From positions 248,001-312,000 of the forward strand of contig NEEC01000007.1 of the NCBI GenBank assembly GCA_002189035.1: a DNA stretch of 64,000 bases. Direction: 5' to 3'. The translations under genes and the position numbers were made by a program. This document shows, piece by piece, positions 55,633 to 64,000 of this stretch. Positions within the stretch are counted from its first letter, which is position 1. Each line of letters starts with the position of its first letter. Origin of the DNA: Utricularia gibba. Taxonomy: Eukaryota > Plantae > Magnoliophyta. The notes under the pieces are model-generated. The model was not told the origin of the DNA, did not search any database, and was given only the letters and a program-made list of their open reading frames with translations.

Positions 55633-56236
55633 AATGAAAGAAAGGAAAAGTCGAAAGCGATGCCCAATGGAAAAGCAGGGGATTCGTCGTAGCTGCTAAT
55701 TAATTAGCCGTGAGGGGCGGGTGCACATGGCAAGAAAGGAGAAATTGAGGTGTCACCACTCACAATTTTGCACCCACATTTAATGCATTTTTTTATTTTT
55801 TGAATTTTAAAAATTTTTTAATAAAAAAAACTCGGTAAAAATCCGGATATATAAAAAAATTGTTTTTTTAAGTATATGATAAAATTGATCATTTTATATA
55901 TAAAATTTTGAGGAAAAATTCGTTTTCCAGCACAGCTGCAATATGGGCCCGGAGCCCTGCAGGCTACTTATTTGCACTTGGGCTGGATTACGTATGGTCC
56001 CTGGGTTGCCCCAGGCAACGAGAAGGAGGTTGCATTCTTGTTTTGTCTGAGGAGAAGTAGTTGCTATGGGAACATGCATTTCACTAAACAGAACAAAGCA
56101 GGACAGGGTAGGGATGAAGGTGGACTGAAACGAATACATGGCTAAGGATGGGCACACCGTTAGGGAACAAATATGCAGGAACTTATTCTTTCAGAAGAGG
56201 AAAGTGGAATGTGGGGTGGGCTACTGCAGGAGATGT

Positions 56237-58251
56237 TCAATCCTTGTACTTCATCTGGGCGACATTGAAGCCTGGCATGTCGAAGGAAGAAGCGAATTTC
56301 TCCACATCGGCCTTGAGGTCTTCGATGTCCTTGTTGTTGGCCAGGCCCTTGTTGAAGTCCTTCAGCAACTTCCCGTGCTCCTTTTGGATCTTCAAGGAGA
56401 TGGATACTGCACGATGAAGGAATTCTGCGATTTTCTCGAAGTCTTCTTCAACTAATCCTCTGGATGTCATGGCGGGAGCACCTGCATAGATCAACAAGGA
56501 CAACGTGCTGCAGGAATGAATCGAACTAGCATATGCAACAATTCAAATATGATTCACAGACAACCAAACTCCATGTTCACAATTTCCAGACTGTTAGGTG
56601 AAGGACGAAGCAGAAAGTGAGTAGTGGTATTCTTACCTATGCGAACGCCACCAGGGGCCAGTGCGCTACTGTCACCGAAAACAGCGTTCTTATTGACAGT
56701 AATGTTGCACAGGTCACAGAGCTTCTCAACCTTGTTTCCTGATCAGAAAAAACTTAGGCGGGCATATCTCAAAATTGTAAATGAATCCCCAGAAGAACAA
56801 CGCCAGGATCTTGATCTTACCGGTCAATCCAAGAGGTCTGAGATCCCAGAGAACCAGATGGTTTTCAGTTCCCCCAGTTACAAGCTGGTAACCTTTGCTA
56901 ATGAGGTAGTTACCAAGTGCAGCAGCATTGGCTTTCACTTGCTTAGCGTATGCCTTGAATCCAGGCGTCATTGCCTGCTTCAAAGCAACGGCAAGAGCAC
57001 CAATCTGGTGGTTGTGTGGACCACCCTGGAGAGACGGGAAAACAGCAAAGTTGATTTTATCCTCGAAGTCATACACTGCATTTTCAGGCTGTCCCTTCTT
57101 TGCTGGCTTTGGACCCTTTCTGTAGAAGATCATGCCAGCCCTTGGACCTCTGAGACTCTTGTGTGTTGTAGTTGTGACCAAGTCACAATACTCAAAAGGG
57201 TCCGCCGCTTCCTACAACCACCAAACATTACAATCAGATAATGACGTTCGTTCGACGCATTTCATGCATATTTTGATCCACAGTACAGTAGATCTTGGGA
57301 TCAAACTCTAGATCTTGGATTCAAAGTTGAAACTTGAATAGTATCAAAGTATTCATTGCACAAAAAATATATATATGCAGGAATCGACATTGTTTTATTG
57401 AATAAACAACGATTTTGCAATAACATACACAAGCATGCAGCCCACCTCCAGATCAAGTGTGTTCAGATCACGCAAACAAGAGAAGAAGCGAAAGCATGAA
57501 ATACTAGCAGCTTTAACAATCAGATCTCTGACTCCAACAATTTATGCATATCAGAAAGCAATGAATGGTTTACCTGAGCAGCAACAAGCCCACTGATGTG
57601 AGCCATGTCACAGAGCAACAGCGCTCCACACTTATCAGCAATCTCCTTGAATCTCTTGTAATCCCAATCCCTGGGATAAGCACTGCCACCACAAATAATC
57701 ATCTTGGGTCTGAAATCCAATGCTTTCTCCTCCAATCTATCGTAATCGATGTAGCCCGTTTTGGAATCAACCTTATACGGCAAACTCTCGAAGTAGATAG
57801 AAGTAGCGCTGATCTTTTTCCCACCAGAGGTATAATATCCATGCGTCAAATGCCCACCAGACGGCAAATCAAGCCCCATTATCCTATCATGGGGATTCAG
57901 CACCGCCGTGTAAGCAGCAAAATTCGCAGGAGATCCACTGTACGGCTGCACATTGACTCCCCATTTGGTCGGATCCAAACGGTAAGCCTGAAGAGCTCGT
58001 GACCTGGTGAGATTCTCGATCTCGTCAATAAACTCATTTCCTCCATAGTATCGATTACCAGGCATGCCCTCAGAGTACTTGTTGGTGAGGGCGCTTCCCA
58101 GAGCTTCGATAACCGCAAAGGAGGTGAAATTCTCTGAAGCAATAAGCTCGATCCCCCGCCATTGCCGACGCTTCTCCTTCTCAATCAGATCGTGAATCTC
58201 TGGATCCACGGTTGATAGAGAGGCGTTTCCCCACTTCGAAACGGGATCCAT
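56237..58251 (-). CDS. SHM4: Cytosolic serine hydroxymethyltransferase (SHM4-like), 4 exons (58251-57574, 57211-56821, 56738-56637, 56481-56237)
   Basis: MDPVSKWGN start with no transit peptide; ELIASENF; [15 protein letters not shown]; [11 protein letters not shown]; PLP lysine motif [12 protein letters not shown]; [11 protein letters not shown]. Confidence 0.95.
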
Positions 58252-58742
58252 TCTCAGCAACGAAAGTTCGGTGAGAAGTACGCTGGCAAGGCGAGGTCAG
58301 GAGTGGGACGAATGGCGTCCATTTATGGCGGAGGATCAAGGTTTGAGTGAATAGACGCAATTGCCCTGGGGTAGGTAGTTCGATTTGGTTGGTGTTGAAG
58401 AGTGAAACGTAATTTCAAGTCCTGATTACGCAGGGTTTTAACTTGTAAATGACCGTGAGGGATTGTTTGACTTCCGGCTTCCACCAACCGTTTCCTAGGC
58501 CACATGGTAACCCATCCTACGGTCTACGATTGTCGGCAGCCCACCTACCCAACTTGCACGTCCACCGTATAAAAGAAAAGGCCATGCGTACGCCCAACAT
58601 AAAGGAGGAGGCCCATCCCAATCGGAGAGAGTGTAGCCAGCACAGCCCTGCCCTGTTCTGCATTCCCGCAACGCCTTTATCATCGCGAAAATCGAGTTCC
58701 TTTTCACGCGGTTAGCCCGAAGGCGAGCTCCGATCCAAGCAG

Positions 58743-59081
58743 ATGCAGGCCGCCGTCATGCTCAAACCGCAATCGATTCTCGCTTTCTTGTTCGTATCGC
58801 TCTCTTTTATCCGAATCGGTCGAGGACTAACCGTGAAATTGGAGAAATTCGAGACCGCGCAGACAGCGGCGCTGGTGGAGATTGAGACGGCGGATGTCGA
58901 GAGCAATCGGCGGAGGTTGCTGGAAACGGGGAGGAGATACATCAGCTACGATACTCTGATCAGGGATGTGGTGCCGTGCGATCGCCCCGGGGCATCGTAT
59001 TACACCTGTAGGGAACACGGCGTTGCTAATTTCTACAACCGCGGTTGCCAGGTCATTACCAGATGTGCCAGAGGAGAATGA
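58743..59081 (+). CDS. RALF peptide precursor (RALFL32-like), single exon
   Basis: Signal peptide, acidic pro-region, RRRLL S1P site, YISY motif and four Cys (PC..GASYYTC..NFYNRGC..ITRCAR). Confidence 0.92.
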   Translation: MQAAVMLKPQSILAFLFVSLSFIRIGRGLTVKLEKFETAQTAALVEIETADVESNRRRLLETGRRYISYDTLIRDVVPCDRPGASYYTCREHGVANFYNRGCQVITRCARGE

Positions 59082-60010
59082 AGACGATGAAGGGGAAGGC
59101 CCTTTCTCCCCGCGTTTTCCTTAGGGCATCGTAAATTTTCTGTATTCCTTCCCACTGGTACAGCAACGCTTCTTCCCCCATCTTCAACGGCTACATATTC
59201 TCTCCTTGCTTGTAAATTATTTTTTCCCATTTGTTTTTTGATATGAAAAAAGAATTGAGAAAACAACCGGCACTCTGACTTATTCATGTGTTTTTACCTA
59301 AATGCCCCGAACCGTTGTTCACTGTCTTCCAACTTTAAAATTGTTACTTAATATTCATAAACAGATCAATTGAATATTTAATTTTGAATTTCATAATTAT
59401 AAGTTTCAATTTTTATAATTTTTTATAAAAATTATAGGATTATATTACAGATTTTTTTATTTAATTTTGTATAATTAAATGACATTATTAATGATCATAT
59501 ATATGAATATTTAAAATATCCGTAAATTTAAAATAGAATTGAATCGAATTTTCCATTTTTTAGAATAATTCTTTGTCAAACCCCTCATTTCAACGTGTCC
59601 TTCGATGCGAAGGGTGTCTTGGTAAATGCACGAATGTAGTTTCACTCGCCCTAGACAAATCGTCATTCGCACGAAGTGATCTTTGGGCATAGGCGATTTC
59701 TGCGATCTCCCAAATCCGTCTTTCCTGTGGCGGTTTGCGGATTCCTTGACTCCTTTGCCCAGGGGATTCTGAGGTTTGGAGCTTCAGGTTTTTTTAGTTT
59801 TCGATTTGCTCTCTATTTGGGCAGTGGATGCCTTGTTATACGATCAAGATTGGTTTTCCCGTTGAAAATGAATGTTGGGGTTGTAAGTCTCATTTTTATT
59901 TATTTGATTATATATCTTTCGGTGGAAATAGGGGTTGAAGTGTTTTCTTATTTCTGTTTCTTGCCTTTTTTTTTGGACTTGAGATTGTATGTTTTTTTTT
60001 ATGTGATAAG

Positions 60011-61093
60011 ATGGATGGGAACAAAGATGAAGCCGTAAAATGCTTGAACATAGCCAAGGATTCAATCAAATCTGGAGATAAGGTCCGTGCGCGTAAATTT
60101 CTTGAGAAAGCACGAAGACTATACCCGTCAATTGAGGTTGATGATCTGCTTTCGAATTTGGGTGCTCCAGAACAAGAAAATACGAGCAATGGTGAGCACA
60201 CTGATAAAAATCATTCCAACCAAACCAGGCCTCGTAAGAGGGTCTCAGCAGCTGAACCTTCGTCATCAGCATCATCCAGCACTTCAGCTGCCTACACTGA
60301 GGAGCAGATTGAAGTAGTCAGAGATATTAAAAGAAAGAAAGACTATTATGAAATACTGGGATTGGAAAAGAGCTGTACTGCTGAGGATGTACGCAGAGCA
60401 TATAGGAAGATTTCCTTGAAAGTACACCCTGATAAGAACTCTGCACCGGGAGCAGAGGATGCATTTAAGAAGGTATCAAAGGCCTTTAAATGTTTAAGTG
60501 ATGAGGAAAGCAGGAAAAGGTATGATACTGTTGGCTCTGATGAACCCTCCTACGAAAGGCGAAATGGTGGAGATAATGTTCATCGAGGATATAATGGTTT
60601 TTATGATGGAGATTTTGACGCAGATGAGATTTTCAGGAATTTCTTCTTTGGTGGTATGCATCCTGCTACAACTGCCAATTTTAGTGGGTTTACATTTGGA
60701 CCTGGTGTTAGGGTGAGAACTGGTGGAGGTGATCAGGGATCTAACCTGCGAAGGGTTTTGATTCAACTGCTTCCTGTGATTGTGATAATGTTGATGAGTT
60801 TTATGCCATCATCAGAACCTCCATATTCCCTTTCTCAGTCGTACACATACAGCTACAGATTGGCTACTGGCAAGGGAGTAAATTTCTATGTTAAATCTGC
60901 AAAATTTGAACAACAGTATCCACCTGGTAGTCCCGAACGTGTTTCTCTTGAACAACGGGTTGAGAATGATTACCGTACAGCTCTAGTGCAAAACTGTAGA
61001 GTGGAATGGCAACAACTTCATTGGGGATACAGAAGAGAGACCCCAAACTGTGATGCTTTGAAGCGCTTTGAGGCCATGTCTGACCATGCTTGA
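60011..61093 (+). CDS. DnaJ protein (DNAJB12/14-like, J domain plus TM plus DUF1977), single coding exon
   Basis: MDGNKDEAVKCL N-terminus; KDYYEILG...LKVHPDKN (HPD); TM LIQLLPVIVIML; C-terminal CR...TPNC. Confidence 0.93.
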   Translation: MDGNKDEAVKCLNIAKDSIKSGDKVRARKFLEKARRLYPSIEVDDLLSNLGAPEQENTSNGEHTDKNHSNQTRPRKRVSAAEPSSSASSSTSAAYTEEQIEVVRDIKRKKDYYEILGLEKSCTAEDVRRAYRKISLKVHPDKNSAPGAEDAFKKVSKAFKCLSDEESRKRYDTVGSDEPSYERRNGGDNVHRGYNGFYDGDFDADEIFRNFFFGGMHPATTANFSGFTFGPGVRVRTGGGDQGSNLRRVLIQLLPVIVIMLMSFMPSSEPPYSLSQSYTYSYRLATGKGVNFYVKSAKFEQQYPPGSPERVSLEQRVENDYRTALVQNCRVEWQQLHWGYRRETPNCDALKRFEAMSDHA

Positions 61094-61641
61094 AGGTTCA
61101 GTACTTCTTTCAATCGATGTGGATGGTTTTCTCCCTTGATTTTACACCTATTCTGTTTTTTTACTTGCTTTCTTTAAATCTGAAACTCGTTTGCTCTACT
61201 GAAATAAATCTTCCACTTGTCATCTCCGTTCTTTTGACTATTGTCAACTTCCGTTGATCTCCTCCCAGTAAATTGTTATCAAACTCTAAGCCAGTTGCTG
61301 GGAGGGTGATACGGTGAACCAACTTCAAGTTTTACCATTGGTATCAAGTGATACCTAAGGAAACCTCGGTTTTGCTGTTATCTTGCAGAGTAAGAGCTCA
61401 GATGCTTCTTCGGTTTGAATGGAGAGAGTCTGCCTGAACAAGACGGGCAGCGGACTACTACCAGTGTACCACTGGAATCGATTACATTATATGTGTGTTA
61501 AAAGACTGAGAGCTCCCATGGATCATGAAGAGCAATTTTATCTTAATTGTCTACAGCATTACAGAGCATCCAATTAACAATTTTTACTGCACTATTCGTC
61601 TTATATGGAACTGTTTTTCTGCCTACTTGAAATCAGGGGGT

Positions 61642-63483
61642 TCACCAGAAGTCACCACAGGAACACACCCCATCCTTGAAGTGATGAAACCTATTGGCAT
61701 CTCGCACAATAAGCTGCCTTCCAGTGATGCTGCTTATCAGTTTAAGAACAGTGTGGCAGTCGTTGCACACACGAAGGTTCTTCAGCACCCGAATGGGCGT
61801 TCCCTGGCAGGACTTGATCAGCCCGTAGGCAACCGCCAGCCTTTCACTGTGCCAAAACAGCTGCCGCTCCTTCTCTTGCTCCTCCATGTCATGCAACACC
61901 ACAGATGTATCCGGCACATATCCCCGTCGCCTCATCTCTGCATCTAGCTCTTTTAGCAGCCCAAAGATCTCATCTTTCATAGGATGTGTTGTGGTATCTC
62001 CGGCGTAGAAGACCTCCATCTCCTTACCCAAATCGACCCGACTGAATCCAGGTTTCTTCTTCGAATCCAAGTTTTCCATCAGCTTTCGAATGGCAGATAC
62101 GTTCTCCCACTGACCTGCCTGAGCATAGATATTGGACATGAGGATCAGTGTTGATGTCTCTTTGGATTCAAACTTGAGTAAACGATCTGCTATGTGAACT
62201 CCCAACTCATGTCTCCCAGCTTGACAGCAAGCGCTTAACAATGTAGCCCACACTGCTTCATCAGGCTTGAACGGCATGGAGTTTACCACCTCGAGCGCCT
62301 GTTCAAGGCGTCGAGATCGGGCGTAGAGATCCACTAAACATGTGTAATGCTGAAGAGAAGGTCTTAATCCATAGTCTGCAACCATGGATTGGAAAAGATG
62401 CTGACCTTTTTCTACTAGTCCAGCATGGCTGCATCCATAGATGACACCAGTGAAGGTCACTGCATTTGGTCTGAAACCAGCAAGAATCATTTCATCATAC
62501 AACTGCAGGGTTTTGTCAGCAAGGCCATGATGCGCCATTCCAACAATAATAGATGTCCAAGAAACGATATCTCTATGCATCATGGAACGGAATATTGCCT
62601 CTGCAGATGATACTTCACTGCACTTTGAATACATGTCAATCAGAGAGTTACTGATATAGCAATTGGATTCATAACCAAGAACAATGACTAATCCATGAAT
62701 TTGCTTTCCTATGTGCTGCAAAGCTGCATCAGCAGAACACGAAAGCAAACTTGAAAGAACAAACTTTCCCTCGATGGCAATACCTGATCGTCGCAATTCG
62801 TTAAAGAGCTTGATCGAGTCAACAGAATGCCCACCCTGCACAAATCCAGATATCAAAGCTGATAAAGTGTGGACATTTTTCGTAGGCATTTTGTGAAAGA
62901 TTTCCAGGGCTTCAACTTTCCTTCCCTTCCGTGCATATCCATATAGTAAACTAGTCCAAGAGGCGACATTTTTACATGTAATGGAGGCAAAAACTTGAGA
63001 GGCAACATCAGGCAATCCGCATTTAGCGTACATGTCAACGATAGAAGATTTAACAACGGGGTCATCGGAAAAAGGCGATACCAGAAAATAGGCATGGATC
63101 TGTTGGCCTACCCTCAAAGCTCCCAGGTTAGAGCATGCCTTGACCAGGCTGGCCAAAACAAAGTTGTCGGCTTGCAGGCCATCAAGAAGCATCATTTTGG
63201 GAAACATCAAAATGGGATATTTGGATCGTTTCGCTAGGTTATATGCAGTGAAAACAGATGCCCAGGAGGAAAAGTTTCTATGCGGCATTTCATCGAACAT
63301 CTGGACTGCATCCTCCAGAAGTCCACATTTACCATACATATCAAGAAGCGCGTTAGTGAAAACGGGTACATGACGTTCTGCGCCTGATTTGATGCAGTGA
63401 GCATGAAGCTTCCTGCCTTCGCTTGCTAGTTGAAGATCTCTGCAATGCTTAATCTGATGCAGCAATATACGTGAGCCGCTCAT
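61642..63483 (-). CDS. PLS-class PPR-DYW RNA-editing factor (At4g14050/MEF35-like), intronless
   Basis: P-L-S repeats (LLDMYGKCG, IVDMYAKCG, LIDMYSKC); E domain; PG box KKPGFS; deaminase HSERLA...CNDCH; terminal DFW. Collinear with recalled At4g14050. Confidence 0.92.
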   Translation of the reverse strand: MSGSRILLHQIKHCRDLQLASEGRKLHAHCIKSGAERHVPVFTNALLDMYGKCGLLEDAVQMFDEMPHRNFSSWASVFTAYNLAKRSKYPILMFPKMMLLDGLQADNFVLASLVKACSNLGALRVGQQIHAYFLVSPFSDDPVVKSSIVDMYAKCGLPDVASQVFASITCKNVASWTSLLYGYARKGRKVEALEIFHKMPTKNVHTLSALISGFVQGGHSVDSIKLFNELRRSGIAIEGKFVLSSLLSCSADAALQHIGKQIHGLVIVLGYESNCYISNSLIDMYSKCSEVSSAEAIFRSMMHRDIVSWTSIIVGMAHHGLADKTLQLYDEMILAGFRPNAVTFTGVIYGCSHAGLVEKGQHLFQSMVADYGLRPSLQHYTCLVDLYARSRRLEQALEVVNSMPFKPDEAVWATLLSACCQAGRHELGVHIADRLLKFESKETSTLILMSNIYAQAGQWENVSAIRKLMENLDSKKKPGFSRVDLGKEMEVFYAGDTTTHPMKDEIFGLLKELDAEMRRRGYVPDTSVVLHDMEEQEKERQLFWHSERLAVAYGLIKSCQGTPIRVLKNLRVCNDCHTVLKLISSITGRQLIVRDANRFHHFKDGVCSCGDFW

Positions 63484-63836
63484 GAATACCTGGGAAGACG
63501 CAAAGGCTCATCCACCACAAACTACACAGAGATCTGAATCACTGTTGCATATACATGGATTCTTTGATGTTTCGAAACTTCCATTCCTTTTAGCGCCCAT
63601 CGTCGTGAGTTGCTGTCTGGAATCGACAGAAACTGAAACTTTTATTGCGAAATGTTGCCTTCTATCTATACAAAGAATCATGCCGTGTGTATCACTAAAT
63701 TATTTGGGATGCCTCATGAAGTAGACGAACATTTGCCCTACTGTGCCCCTTCACACAACTTCCATTGCACCTTGCTCCTGTGCTGGCACCTGCATCTGAC
63801 CCATGAAGGATCTTCCACCTACTGTGATCACCTCGC

Positions 63837-63914
63837 TCACACATTGGGAGGTTGAGCATTGTCGAGAGGCATGTATTGCGCCATGATCGCCCGGATCTCC
63901 GAGTCCATATACCT
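63837..63914 (-). CDS. VSR: Last exon of a vacuolar sorting receptor (VSR/BP-80 family); the gene extends beyond the window end
   Basis: After acceptor gtgcAG the frame reads RYMDSEIRAIMAQYMPLDNAQPPNV*, the diagnostic VSR cytosolic tail with the YMPL sorting motif. Confidence 0.88.
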   Translation of the reverse strand, partial: RYMDSEIRAIMAQYMPLDNAQPPNV

Positions 63915-64000
63915 CTGCACATTGCGTCATATGAAAAGTGTAGCATGAGAAAACACGCCAACGCTGTATGCTTCGTTTTGGTGGAGTTGTGGAGGTACCC

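Noticed and set aside
54400-56230. ORFs in the GAE6-SHM4 intergenic region
   Set aside because: The sequence is AT-rich with microsatellites, and the ORFs have non-coding composition. It is best read as GAE6 upstream regulatory DNA plus the SHM4 3' region.
58160-58170. SHM4 RRQWRGIEL instead of the usual RRQCRGIEL
   Set aside because: It is a single substitution, and Trp occurs at this position in other plant SHMT isoforms as recalled, so it is not informative.

Overview
This is eukaryotic, flowering-plant nuclear DNA, not prokaryotic. It holds about 27 protein-coding genes or gene ends in 64 kb (roughly one per 2.4 kb), with short GT-AG introns and 0.1-0.5 kb gaps between many genes. I found no recognisable transposon, rRNA, tRNA or CRISPR array. 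The compactness and two iridoid-type enzymes suggest a small-genome asterid, possibly a Lamiales or Lentibulariaceae-like species (inference only). Gene order: SUVH4 3' end, ANKRD13-like, NEDD1, UGT709C/7-DLGT-like, ProT, DIV-like MYB, HSPRO2, 8HGO-like ADH, UreD, CRM-domain protein, CASP golgin, SOUL, SEC23, ASCH, X8/PDCB, O-fucosyltransferase, ARPC4, ZWINT1-like, NIPA Mg transporter, GAE6, SHM4, RALF, DnaJ, PPR-DYW and a VSR 3' end. Three observations stand out. (1) Six frameshifts in five unrelated genes within the first 17 kb are each repaired by adding one G to a plus-strand G-run followed by A; this is most likely a local consensus error, not pseudogenisation. (2) Two iridoid-pathway-like genes (7-DLGT-like and 8HGO-like) lie about 10 kb apart and share an identical ACCACGTGCG G-box upstream. 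(3) NEDD1 has a candidate 67-nt intron in a linker that is coding in homologues. Family assignments come from recalled protein sequences and motifs, not database searches. CDS coordinates are gene spans including introns.
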